64,000 nucleotides of DNA, from contig OZ059898.1 in the NCBI GenBank assembly GCA_964057225.1, positions 5,022,001 to 5,086,000 of the forward strand, in the 5' to 3' direction. This DNA is from Auanema rhodensis. Taxonomy: Eukaryota; Animalia; Nematoda. A program made the translations under genes and the position numbers. Position 1 is the first letter of the stretch; each line of letters begins with the position of its first letter. This document shows, in pieces, positions 27,801 through 40,463 of this stretch. Below the pieces are notes generated by a model that did no database searches, had not been told where the DNA came from, and saw nothing but the letters and a program-made list of their open reading frames with translations.

Positions 27801-30800
27801 GCTATATAGACAGTATAGGTCATGATAATGAAAATAACTAAAGAAAGAATATAAATAGAGGGAAATAAGAAAAAATTGAAAAAGAAAGATCAAGAAAGAT
27901 ATAACAAGATAGATAGAAGACACATTATAATTAGAATTTGATCGAATAATAATTTGAGTAGAACAATAAATTCGAAAGAAATTTAGTTTGAAAACCAGAC
28001 TTAGATGAATATTTGAATAATTATTCATGAATTCATAAATCACAATCAGAATGGAAGGTTTATCACTGGATAAGCTTTCTTCACTCCATCTAGCCAGCTC
28101 TCTAGCCATAACCTGCTTGTTAAACATTAGAAGAACATTAATTATAATCAACAGGATGATAATTATTAATGAAACTGCTAACATATTTTAATATTTTCAT
28201 AAATTGTTATGGAAGAATAGGACAAGAAAAGTTTTTCAAAAGCTGGTCAAGTTGTAAACTATATATTCTTACTAATGGCAGATTATCAATATGAACTAGA
28301 ATCTCGCGATAGATTAATGATGTCTTGACAAGCTCAAGTAGAATAGTGCTAAGAGGATTATCATGATTTGGCTATGAATACGATCAAAAGAAAAGCAACC
28401 ACTCCAGTCGGCTTATGACCGTCGATGCGTTGAGTTAAGCAAGTACCGAAAAGCTAGTTTACCACAAATTTCTATCACCTCTCGTTTGCTTGCATCTTGA
28501 CTATCATCCACCTTGTCACAAGTATGTGAATTCAAATAATTGTCAAATGACAAGAAAATCAAAAAATAATTACAATTTCAAAAGCATTTCTAAAGAAATA
28601 ATATATATTTACCATTAAACCTTAAAAAAATTTAGGAATAGGAATGGAAATAGCAAAGGATTAAAACGAAGAATCATAAACGTCTACTAGAGCAAGTCGC
28701 GCTTTAAAAGGAATATAGGTGAGTTTTTTTTCCTTCTGAGGAAAAACGTCACATATGAGAAGTGAAAGTGAAGATATTGGAGAAGATTTGATTTTGATGT
28801 TTGTTTGAAATTTATTTGAATGGATATTTAAAAAAATATATATATATATTAGTTGATAGATTTAATAAATTATATAATAGAAAGACTGAATGCGTTTATT
28901 TTTAGAATAAAAAAAAGGTATTCTTGTGTTGTTGTTGAAATAATAGTATTAAGATTAAATAAACAATAAAAGTTTATAAGAAAATCTAACTAGAGAATAT
29001 TTAGTAATTCATCATTGATGACAATAAATAAGATGATGAAATAGTTGGAGGTAGAGACATAAGATCGTAATTGTGGTCAGAGGATACGAGACTGCGACGG
29101 ATATGGCCTCGGGGAACAGTGACCTTGATGTGGATGGACACAGTGGCTAATAGAATTCTGGCTCTTACCAGCCGAGTTTTTAGTATTCATCTTCGAGGGC
29201 CGTTCTACCTCTCATGGCGTGTAATATCTTATCTTACTCCCACCTTTTCTCTCAGAATATGATCTTTTCACATAGAATCAGATTCTCTCTCATCCTCCCT
29301 TTACTCTCTTCTCTTTCTTCTTCTTCTTTACTCATACCCTCCGCTTCACTCTCTCTCTCCCTCATTCTCTCTTTGTTTCACCCCCCTCTCTCTCTCTCTC
29401 CCTCGTTCCCTTCGATGTTCGACTCTATATTAATTTCTCTTTTTTCGTCTCTTTTACTATTTCTCCAGCATGCACTACCATTACGTGCGTACCAAAAATC
29501 TTTCTTCCATTTTCTCTCTTTTTATTTTTCCTTTAGCATTCTTCTTCCCTTCGGATGACCCCAGAGTGAGAAAACCAATTTTGTCATAATCATCATCTTC
29601 ATCAGTAATATTTCTAGAGATAAGACAAGACAAAAGACAGATGAATAGTGGCTATATTGCCCAAGGCTGGTGGAGTAGTCAAACTATATATGAAAAAACA
29701 AGAAGAACGTAGTATTTATCTCAAAAAAATAGAAAAATACTAATAATCATGTAATCAGATGACCAATTCTAAAAAATAAAAAAATACTCTACGTACCTTC
29801 GTCCTGCTTGTTCTTTTCTAATTCCATTATCACAAAGCCAATATATTCCTTTTCAAGTAATCGTTCAGCTACGTCTTCTGCTTCCTCTTCCCGTCTTCTC
29901 AGACGCTACAGAGTGCGTATGGCACTAACACTGACTATCAAGTTACTGTAAATACAAGCTTTTCCAACCATTCAAATTGAAATGTGCGAATGTGACGACG
30001 AGTAGAAACAGAAATCAAAGAGAAAAATGATGACGATGAGCAGACAGTAACAATCGCGCAAAGATGAAGATGAACGACAAAAGGCTCGAAGGAAAAGAAT
30101 GCTGCATCTACTGAGTCACTTTACGTTACTTAAGGTTCAATGATTACACGAGTGTGTGAAACTATTCTTGTTGAAAAAAAGAGATAGAAATACAAAATAT
30201 TAAGCTTATAAAAAAATAAGTTAGTGAAAGCTGAAATGTGTAATGTAAGAAATTAAAAATTGAAATAAGAGAGTCTGAAAGCTTGAGTAAGTTTTATGAG
30301 TGTATTTTCAAATTTAACTTAATGTATATATAATAAATAGTATATAATGTCGTTCATGAAAGAAATAGAAAAAGTATTCGAAAGAAAATAACAGGAGACT
30401 GTATTCATTTATTATAATGTGCTTGTGATGATATTTGCCGTAAGGCTTGAATGGCTAAATGCTTCTTGGACTGAAAGAATTTCAGAAAAGAAGCAATCTC
30501 CAATTTATCACATAATAAAGATTAAAACATAAAACGATAATAATAATAAATTTTAAATTTTGATATTTAATACTTTGTAGGAATACCGATATTATCAGAT
30601 TTAATACTTTCTTCAGAAGTCATTCTCTTTCAAACTATATTGTTTCCTATAGTATATATTTGAATTTATAAGGAAATCGGGAAACTTCATACATTGTAAG
30701 CAAATTTTTGTTAAGCTCAACTATGTGCATAGTTAACTAATAAAACATTTAGAAAAAGAAGAAGTTCCATTCGACATGGCTTGAGCTTCTTAGCACATCA

Positions 30801-32097
30801 TGTCTATCAACAAACCGGACGGCATTGTTTCTTTTGTTTTGTTTTCGAATCAAAGACAAGAAATGACAAGAAGTGACGACGATGTGCATTGGGAAAGAAG
30901 TTCCACCTGAATTGTCAGTTGGTCAACTTGGTGCATTATGTGGATTCAGAAACATACACACTATTACAAAGCATAAAAAAAACTGAATGTTGGAATAAAG
31001 AGAATGTGATCAAGAAATCACATGAAAATGAAAGTCTAAACTATTCAGGACTATAATAGTAGCCATTTGAATAACAATAGCCAGGTTTACACCATAAATA
31101 GCATCTAATGACGATGTTGCAAACTGAGTGAAGAAAAATAAAATAATGGTAATCGTGGTAGCAACAACTATCAAGATATATGAGGATGTTCTTAAAAAAA
31201 TAAAAGTGGCTATGAAGAATATGTATGAGTCTCGAAAAAAGAATTGTCAATGCTCATAATCATGACAATTTCAATTGTATGTATATGGGGAAAAGGAAGG
31301 CAAATAGACAGGCCAGAAACGAATGAATTAACGAAAATATAAGTTGAATATCCAATGTTTTCTTATTTTCTAACACTTTTCTGTCAATTCAATAGCAACC
31401 ATGTGTATACAAAAGTATGTGATTTTGTTCTATCTGGCACTCTTCAGTAGCCATCTAAATCTTGTTTTAGTCTTATATGTAATTATTTATTTGTTTATTT
31501 TTATACATGGTGTATACTGAACCTAATACCCTCAATAGTAATAATTGTTCAATTTTTATTGATTTTTTTTTACTTTGGAATGTTTGTTCACGTGTTTTCA
31601 CGTGATTTTCGATTATTTTGAAGTTATAGCGTTAAGGTTACGGTTGATATATTTCTTTTTCTCTAAAATAATTGTCATGTTTTTAAATATTAGGAAAAAA
31701 TAACGAAATAATAGAAAAAGGATACACGGTAGAATAACTGTTTCAAACAAAAATAGCGACAGTCTTCAAGCGTTCTTTTGTATTTATTGATTCCAAAGGT
31801 GAAACAGTATTTTTTTTCTATTTTACATCCAAATATGAGCATTACTGAATATAAAGAAAGCAATTGTACAGATATTTTTAGAATAAAGAATTAAAAAGAA
31901 AGAAATATATTAAATACTTCATAAGAAACTTTTGTGGAAAAAAAAATAAAATAAACACATGAAGAATGTTTTTTTTGTTGTTCATTCATATCTCAAATAT
32001 GAATAACTAGTAAAGGTATAGATAGATATAACTCACGTGCTTTCTTTTCGGCTATGTGAGAATGACATACAGAAAGACAGTTTGAACAGAACTCCAT
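2737..32097 (-). CDS. pat-12: PAT-12/GEI-16-like nematode-specific hemidesmosome (fibrous organelle) protein; multi-exon, multi-isoform locus
   Basis: Spliced C-terminal exons give PTVTETVQRIEETRRTEEIERRV, RHHSSSRHHS, GIAHARYGSLSDSLRRGELKYVPNG, MHKSYSTRDVF, SPFIEFPPTLPR, RPVSKSRSYADWDE and EDDMGRLENEFRDSLLMP, then TAA at 2737-2739. These match the C. elegans PAT-12 C-terminus as I recall it. Phase-compatible GT-AG exons continue to 12673 and on through 18136-18998 and 22808-23061 to first exons at 29827 and 32097. Assignment of the exons above ~15.3 kb to the same gene is less certain. Confidence 0.8.
17522..17594 (-). tRNA. tRNA-Met (CAT), elongator type, in a pat-12 intron
   Basis: Reverse complement GCTTCCGTAGCGCAGTAGGCAGCGCGTCAGTCTCATAATCTGAAGGTCGTGAGTTCGAGCCTCACCGGGAGCA (73 nt) forms a cloverleaf with anticodon CAT, A and B boxes, and downstream T runs (Pol III terminator). 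Confidence 0.97.
21779..21832. repeat. (TC)n microsatellite
   Basis: About 27 perfect TC units. Confidence 0.95.
24250..24277. repeat. (CTT)n microsatellite
   Basis: About 9 CTT units. Confidence 0.9.
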
Positions 32098-34311
32098 GAT
32101 GCCTTTTAGGAGGAAAGACGATAGATGACAGCCGACGACATGCGAAACAAGACGAGGAATGAGGAATCATCGACCGAAATACCTTGGTCAACAAAGTATT
32201 TTTATTTTTAATTTACTATTCATCTTACTTATACTACTTGTATACTCAAACACATATATATATATATTTATTTATTTATATATTGTTGAAAACTAATAAT
32301 TTTGAAATATTTGAAATAAAAACGTTGCTAGTTGCTTGAAAAAAACGAAGTTATGAATAGATAATAAAGATGTTCCGAATTTTATAAAACATTATAATAT
32401 TAATGTTACAAAACAGAACAAAAAAATATATATAACAGTAAGTGATTGGAAGGCACAATTCATTTCATGTGCTCTTTTACAGCAACTTTTCGGGCTATGT
32501 TGAAGCGAATTGGTTAATCTGTATAGCAAACAATTGTCCCAACCAGACAGATTCATTTTGGATCTGGAACTTTAGGAACATTTGAGAATTAACAAGAAAA
32601 AAGAGAAAATTGAATAACAAACATTTTTATTTTCCTATATGCATATCAAATTTAAAAAATGAATCGGGAATATCTTATATATGATATTACATTAATATAT
32701 TAAATAACTTTTAATTAAATTAATTAAATTAGTTTATATAATAATTAAAAAATTATGTAATAAAATAAAGTTTTTATTCGTTGTAATGTTATTGCATTGA
32801 TTATTATATTTCCTATACGTATGTATATATCACAAATATTTTGATTTTAAAGTTTTAAAAATAGTTAAGTTATACTGGTAATTATCAGTTGATATACATC
32901 TGCTGCCATTTCAAATATAGTAAAATCTCCATTTTCATATCTTCTTCAATTGAATTTCAAATGAAAATAACATTTATCTTGAAGACTAATAAAACGATAT
33001 GTCCTTGCTATTTCTATGTGTAGGTGTGCTTGAAACTGCCTCTAACCACTATGGATGGATTCCGATTCCGGGCATCTAGTTCATAGTAACATGGCCATTA
33101 GGCGAGTAAATTTGATCGAATGAACGAGAGAAAGAATTGACCGGGTATATAAGAGGAAAATGAATCAACACCCGAACTATGTCTATATGGAAAGAAAGGG
33201 TGAAAAGGGAGTCGGGTAAGAGAGGACAACCGGACAAGCCGTAGCCGGTCTTGTTCGCCGATCACCCTATCCTTTCCATTCCCATCAGGCCCCCATTCAG
33301 TTTTCACTCTTCTCTTCTCTTTTCATTCTATTTCGTTCTAATACCTGCGTATTCTAATACTTTATTCGCTTGTTGGTGGTCACCTCGACCCATTGTATTC
33401 ACCGGTCCGTACTCCCTTAGTTCACTCCTCCACTTCTTGCTTCTCCTGTCTGCCTCTCTTCCCTTGTCATTTTCTCTTTTTTCTCTGTGTGGACCCATTT
33501 GTGTGCGTCTATATGTGCCCCATCGAGCGACCCATCGTATTTTCTGTCTCTCTAACACCCCACTCCCTCCCATCATCCTCGCCAACCCCACTCATCTTCT
33601 ATTCTCGTGTCCTTTCCTCTTGCCTCCATTTTTCACTTACATATACCCAACATTTTCCTCTATATCTGTCTATCTATGCATCATGCCCTTTCGCTCTTCA
33701 ATTTCCTCAGTTTTATTCCTCTAGGCCTCATATATGTGCCTAACATACCTATAAATTAACTCTGTAATTTTGGAGCTTTACATCTTTGTAGTCGTTCTTA
33801 TTTGCTTCACTTGTTTTTAACTCCCTCCGTCTTTTTCTTTCGTTCTACCATTGTAAATTATGGGATTCGTGCCCCCGAGCATCAGCACTACTACCCTGTT
33901 GAGCTCTTGGCCTACCCTCCAGCCCTATTTCTTTATTCTGCAACTCTGCACCAATTGTTTGAAGTCCCAGCCCACCCATTCTTCTGTCGCCTTCTTATGG
34001 CAAAAAACTACCCTCACATCCCTCACATGACAGGCTGGAATACTGAAACTAGTAGCTTTGTATCCCAGTTTCCACTATATACATATATACTATATTCGCA
34101 CATATTAGAATTACTTAATTTCTTGACTATTAATAAAAATTTTACAATTTTTCTAGTTCATTTCATTAAAAAATATAATTGATTATATTATTTATATATT
34201 GTCTTTTAATTGGCAAATGTTGTGTTGAAGTTGAAATTAATCGCGAAAAAAAGAAATGTTCTTCTAAATCCCCAAATGATTCCTCAAACTTAATGACTTA
34301 ATATAAATAAC

Positions 34312-34662
34312 GGCTCAAGTGCAGCTTCCCCCCCCCCTCCGCCATAAGCCCGCCCCTTCTGCCGAATTGCACACATTTGCTTAAAAAGTATATATGCATG
34401 CTATTAGCAATACCAAAACATAGAATTCCGAAACTTGATGAGAGGTCATAAAAATTATAAAAATGAATATAATTGTTTGAAAAATCACTCTAAAATCATG
34501 TTCCACTAAAAACCGATATTGCGGGTTAACCCCCTAACCCCCGTTTAGAACGGTATGTCTCTCGATAATTTAATATTATATTTATTTACAAAAAGTATGC
34601 ACCGTTTAGCAGAAGGGGCGGAGTTTACGGTGGGGGGGGGGGGGGGAATCTGCACTAGAACC
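34312..34662. mobile_element. Non-autonomous DNA transposon (MITE), Merlin/IS1016-like
   Basis: Imperfect ~60-bp TIRs (GGCTCAAGTGCAGCTTCCCC..CGCCCCTTCTGC / GCAGAAGGGGCG..GGGGAATCTGCACTAGAACC), 5'-GG termini, perfect 8-bp TSD TAAATAAC at 34304-34311 and 34663-34670, no ORF. Confidence 0.85.
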
Positions 34663-34745
34663 TAAATAACTATAGAAGTAATGTTGATGTCTTAAACTTT
34701 AATCATGGATAACAGTCTGTTATATGAATGTTATAATTTGAGATA

Positions 34746-35911
34746 ATGGCTCCGATGTACGTCATAGTCAATGTAACACATGGAGATGAAATGAACAACT
34801 TGATGATGACGCTCGTGGGTTTCCCCCCGTTGAGATGATTGACATCTAATCAAATCTTATTTAGGCAAACAAACATTATACCTTCTCTGTAACCGATAAC
34901 ATCAGTAAAGTCTGTTCTCACTGTTTGTCTGTGACTGAAAAAGAAGAACAGAAAATCGAAGATATTGTGGTTAGCTCAACTAAGTTATGTGGAATTAGGA
35001 ACAGAAGAGAATCAGACATTGTTTTGGAAACAGAAGGATGCTCCTTGGGGAATTCTCCCGAAAATTCAAACTGTACTTCCACGTTGTCGACCGAAAATAG
35101 CAATGTTATAAATCCCACCAACGATACTCATATCAGGTTTATATTTCAATTTTGCTTTGATCAAAAATTAGTTGTAGCGATGAAAATCTTGAAGAACACT
35201 CCCATTTTAAGACATCTTTGTCTTTGAATGAAGCATCGACAAGTACATGTGAACTCGGTACACAGCAGCTTCAAATGCTTGTAAGCGCGATTAAGGAAAA
35301 ATCTAATGACCTTATGCAAATCAACGAGTTAGAGAACAAAAATGCAAAAACAGCTAACATAGAAGAATCACCATCAGTAACTGAAAATGATTTCTACCCA
35401 GGTCATGCTGCCATATTAAAACGGTTTAACGTATGACAATTGCTCAAATAATGAGATAAATAATTATTTGTAGGAAAGTTTCGAAAATTCGTATATTCAG
35501 AATAGGAAAGATCATAGGGGAAAGTGTGATGTAAGTAGGGTATGCTTGCTCCAATGAATGTGTAATTTAGTTATGCGAACAACCAATATCAATAAGAACG
35601 CACCATATGCGAAGACATGCTATAACTCACCTAGGATTCAAAACGTATATTTCCGTCAAAGATAGATATAATTTACATGATTTTCAGGTTTCAATGTCGC
35701 CTTTGTAAGATGAATTTTAATAGAGCTGACATGTGCAAGCCTCACTTTGAAAGGCACCATCCCTCAGTACCTCAAATTCCTTTCGAAGACGTCATGTACG
35801 TTTTTATTAAATTTTGAATCAAAAAACAAAAACAAGAACTTTAGGACGCACGAACAAGCCTACCAACTTCAAAAGACATTAAAGATGTGCTTTCCAAAAC
35901 GAACAAAGTAA
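34746..35911 (+). CDS. C2H2 zinc-finger protein (two fingers plus C-terminal CFP motif), spliced
   Basis: Spliced translation MAPMYVIVNVTHGD...KCDLCEQPISIRTHHMRRHAITHLG..FQCRLCKMNFNRADMCKPHFERHH..QLQKTLKMCFPKRTK*, with short GT-AG introns; first exon less certain. Confidence 0.75.
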
Positions 35912-36088
35912 TACAATACAGAAACGATGAACAATCAATATACATAATATTTGAAATTCCGAGAGAAGCTTTAATTGTATGTGATATCAAAGGTTAATAA
36001 AATATCTCCTGAGGACCATTCTTCTTAAAGCACTTTAGAGAATATTAGCAAGAGTATAGCGTAAGTAAAATTTTTGCCCGTTGAGTTT

Positions 36089-37211
36089 TTAAAGACAACG
36101 ATCTCCTTCTTCTTCGCCACCAAGTCTAGGAGGAGAGAGCGCAATCACATCATTATCAGAATCTAAAAATAGGATAAAACTATGCCATTAGAAAGTCTCC
36201 TACTCTCATCGGCCGATTCGTCAATACAGATAACATCCATGTCACTGTCATTTGGTGAGTTTACTTTCTGCGAAGCAGAGTTTGAAGCTTGTTTTCCCTT
36301 TCCGGCTATTCTTTGCATAGCTTCTGGGAAGCATGTGTGCAAGACATCTTCTAGCTCTTTGAAGTTTTCTTCATTACTGAAAAAGAAAAAAAACGTATAA
36401 CCAATCGATATTGACACATACAATATATCAAGAACTGCACCAGTGCTACCGTGATTTTTTACGATATGAACACGAGCTGTGCTACTATGAAGAAAAGTAG
36501 TTGTGCACTGTGAGCACTTATATCTGGAAATAAAAATATTACTTTAATACAAGACAATAATGAAAGAACGTGCCCATTTATTTTCATATGAAGTCTAGCA
36601 TGAAGCATCAAATATCTTTTAGTAGACGAAGCAATTTGAGTTCCACACATCTGATATAAGAACATCAAAATAGGTTTGAAAACTTAATTCACTACCGAGC
36701 AAGGAGAACGCAGAACTGCGGTATTAGCTTTGATGTTCTTTTTTTTTTTTTTTGGCTCTTCAGAAACGTCAGTCGTCAGTTGTTCACATCTGAAACCAAA
36801 ATAACTCTATTGTGTATAGCTGTCGTGCATATTCTAACTCCGAGTTTCGTTTAACTTCATCGATTACGGTTTTTTGACTTTCAATAATGCCCTTAAAAGT
36901 TGTGGATAGGCAAAATGGTTAATCAGAGATATTTGGATAAGCTTAGTATACTACCTGAATTGACAACATTTGCAGGTCCTCAGTTGTAAGAATCGGGATG
37001 TTCGATGCTAATTGAGGTGTTTCAATTTCATCCAGAGTTCCTCTCTCGAAGAACTCGTAGAATTCATCCAATTGGTCAGCTGTTCTATAGTTAATTCCTT
37101 TGCTCTTCTAGAAAATTAATTCGTTAGAATTTTTTCCAAAATAGAACAAACCAGCATACAAATAATTTCTACTAATTCGGTGTTTAAAGGAGCATCCAAA
37201 AGAAGAAGCAT
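36089..37211 (-). CDS. C2H2 zinc-finger protein (two fingers plus CFP motif, acidic tail with SIM-like motifs), spliced
   Basis: MLLLLDAPLNTELVE...PCSICGTQIASSTKRYLMLHARLH..YKCSQCTTTFLHSSTARVHIVKNHG..ELEDVLHTCFPE..DVICIDES..DVIALSPP..DRCL*; TTTTAG acceptor 2 nt before the ATG. Confidence 0.8.
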
Positions 37212-37381
37212 TTCTAAAAGAAAATAAATGAAAAGAGTCAAGAGTATATAGATAGCAAAATGGTAGCGGTGAACTAAAGCTAAGTTTAAAAAAAAAACAT
37301 TATAAACTTTATATCACAACAACAATAACAATAACAAAAAAGAAAATCAATATAAAATTTATTGGCATCCTAGCTGTCAGT

Positions 37382-39551
37382 TTATTCGTTATATGTCTCG
37401 CGTTTTATTTTCATATTTGGCAAATCGTTTTTGTCGGGATAAATTGACACCAAATCCGAACCAGTGCTGACTCTCACCTTTAAAAACCCATAAAAAAACA
37501 AAATATACTACAAACTTACCTGATCAATAGTTAGCTCTGGACATATTTTGACAGTTTCCATAACAATTGCATCCATAACTTCTTTGCATTTTAAAATAGA
37601 AACAGAAGATGATACTTCAATAAATACTGAAGTGGTAGATTCTGATAACTGAAATAAAACTATTACGCATGGGTTTAAACAAATAAGAGATTAACGCATA
37701 GTATACTCTTAGACCTTTACAATTTGATTGCGAAATAATTTAAGTTGGAAACAATAGTAATAGAGTACCTTAGTTAAATCGCTATTTGTCATAGGTTGAA
37801 GGCTGATAACCAAACCATTGTCATCAGTAAGACATGGCAGTAATGGTTGCTGCTGGACCAAATGAAGATATCTAAATAGTTAACTGAATTTAAATTTTAA
37901 AAACTGGTTGAACTTATGTAAAGGATTCAGAGTACTTCGCTTCGTACGTTTTCGAGCCAATTCTGCATCACGCACAAGAGCATCCAATAACTCTTTTCCG
38001 CTGATCGGTATTTTTTTATGAAGAGCAGTAATCTGAAACAATGATTTAGATACTAAAATAAAAGTTAAATTAGATAAAAGAATTTTCCTTGAGTTTTCCA
38101 CCTACTTCTATTAACTTAGAAGAGAATCTACTACATCTACAGTATATATATAACTTACATGAATATTTTCAGCTGGTAGCGCTAAGTGCCTTAAAGGAGG
38201 TACAAAAGAATTTATTTCGTGAGTTCCAATAGCACCATCAGCACGATTATCACATAGGGTCGCGTGAAGATTTGTCTGAATTAGTATTTTAACATTTAAT
38301 TATAATAAATTAGACTAACTTGAATATTGATGAATTTTTTAAAGTTCTGCCCTTCAAGATTAAGATTCCTGAATACGCAACATACTAAATATTGGCGTAC
38401 ATCTTTAACAGATTGATCACTTTCAACAGTCATCTGAACAATGAAAAATAAAACAGAATAGAATATAAGAACATCTACATTTGGTACATCTGTATGGACA
38501 GTGATGGAGGGAAAAGCAGAATCAGTCGTTTCGTCATTGTCCACAGTCTCCAAACCAATGGTCTTGGTCTTTTTTGGTTGATTTTGCGCTGCTTTTGATA
38601 TAGCTGTAAGAATGCTAGAAACCTGAAGAAAAACATTTTTTTAAATAATTAAAAAACAATCACCTTGGCACGTTTATCGTTCGTTAACTTATTGAATCTA
38701 CTATCTTTGAAAGAATTTCCTGATAAATCCAAAGATTTAATCTTGGGATATCTTGAAATTAAATATAAAAAACAATAAAATGTGTGATTAAAACTTAGCC
38801 AGGACTCCTGGTGACTCAACAAGAGTGTTATTAGAAAGATTAAGATCTTTAATTTGAGGTATTTCAAATTCTTCAGGTACCTGAAACATATTAACAGGTA
38901 AAATAATTGTATAAGATTCTACCTCTGATATCTCGTTGTGGGATATGTTAACAGTATGCAGCTTGACAAAACCGGGCAGGCAAAGGCACAATGGAACTTT
39001 TGTCAATTTATTATGAGAAAAATCAGCAACTAAAAGGGAACTCATGGGTGTCATTTCATTCAAACCTTCATTAGTTATCTGGAATAATATTAAGTGAACG
39101 AGAAAACTCAAATTGAAGTGAACTTGATTTTGTGTGACTATCAAAGACTGAAGCTTTTCTAACTTTGATAATGATTTTGGAAGTCCAGATAGTTCATTAT
39201 TACTAACGTCTACAAAGGTTAAGTTAGTCAATTCTCCTATAAAATATAAATGAACGTTATATAAGTTAAATTAAGAACCGAAAATATCAGGCAGCATTTT
39301 TAATTGATTAAAGCTCAATACTAAGCGTGTAAGCTCATTACAATTTCCCACATAATTATACAAAACAGAAAGTTCAGAATTTTGAATCGAAACAAAATTC
39401 AACCGATTATCCTGAAAAAAATTGTGTTTGCTCATATGGTTCTTTGTCTTACTGAGTGAAAAGCTTTCTTTTGCTCATCTTCATCACATAATGATGGATT
39501 GTTTTTGATAATAAGCTCATGCTTCTCATCTAGAACATCAGACTTTCCCAT
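37382..39551 (-). CDS. LRRC47: LRRC47-like protein (N-terminal leucine-rich repeats plus B3/B4 PheRS-beta-like domain)
   Basis: LRRs (LTFVDVSNNELSGLP, LVADFSHNKLTKVP, IKDLNLSNNTLVESP) followed by VKDVRQYLVCCVFRNLNL..FKKFINIQTNLH..CDNRADGAIGTHE, LHKYLHLV..PCLTDDNGLVISLQPMTNSDLTK and VSIYPDKNDL. Confidence 0.88.
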
Positions 39552-39736
39552 TCCAGTAAACTTAATAAACATATATACATATATATGTTAATTAAATATT
39601 AAAGAAGATATAACACGCAAAACACATTTCTATATCACAAAAACTCTTTGAAACAATTTATATATATATATATATAACTATACATATTACAACAACAAAC
39701 AATATCATTCTATAATAAAGACATAACAGACTAAGA

Positions 39737-40463
39737 TCAAACTTTTTGTAATGATTGCAGCTTTTGATTTAAGCTTTCTCGTAAAAGAATGTTCAACAAA
39801 TTATTCGAATTAATCTTTTCTTGAGCCTCAACAGGAGGAAAAGGGTGACCTGAAAATGAAAAGTCTTAAAACTTCTGAACAGTGAACAGTACCATCGATT
39901 TCCAATACTGCAATGTCATATCTTTTCCAATATTCTCTTTTATTCTGAATGAATTGCTGCAGTCGTTGTGTAGGAAGGCGATAGATAGTTGTGAATGGAC
40001 CCTCTCGATCAACAAATCGTGGAACAATAACCTTAATTCAATACAACTGTTTATAACTTATAATATGATCGTACTTCATTCATTTTCGAAATCAAATCTT
40101 TCTCTGGAAGCCACCAATCCATCATTTCTGCGGTATATTCATCATGAGGTCCCCTTTCTACTCCAAGTTGAATTAGCTAAAAGTAATAGTATGATTACAA
40201 ATTGTTTTAAGATCATACTCTCTCTAAATAAGGTCTGGCTTCTACTGCCCTATTCCAAGGAAACTCTGCTCTTTCTTCCCGTACCATTCTTGTAACTATT
40301 TTTCTAAGAACCTAAAGACAAAAAAAAATGAGAATAAGAAGAAAACTCTAACCTCAAGTCTAGCACGTTGACTAGGTTCAATACCACCAGTTTTCAATTT
40401 TTGTGGCACATGCCCTATTGTTGCTCTAATTCTAGGCAAAGTATGCAAGGCTCTACCAGTCAT
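39737..40463 (-). CDS. mrpl-17: Mitochondrial ribosomal protein L17 (bL17m)
   Basis: Spliced MTGRALHTLPRIRATIGHVPQKLK..RARLEVLRKIVTRMVREERAEFPWNRAVEARPYLERLIQLG..MMDWWLPE..VIVPRF..FTTIYRLP..IAVLEIDGHPFPP; absent from the ORF track because the exons are short. Confidence 0.9.

Noticed and set aside
21546-29558. Many F/L/S-rich ORFs in the ORF track
   Set aside because: They arise from TC/GA-rich low-complexity intronic DNA, with no splice-consistent gene
39882-40295. 137-aa plus-strand ORF
   Set aside because: Antisense to mrpl-17 exons
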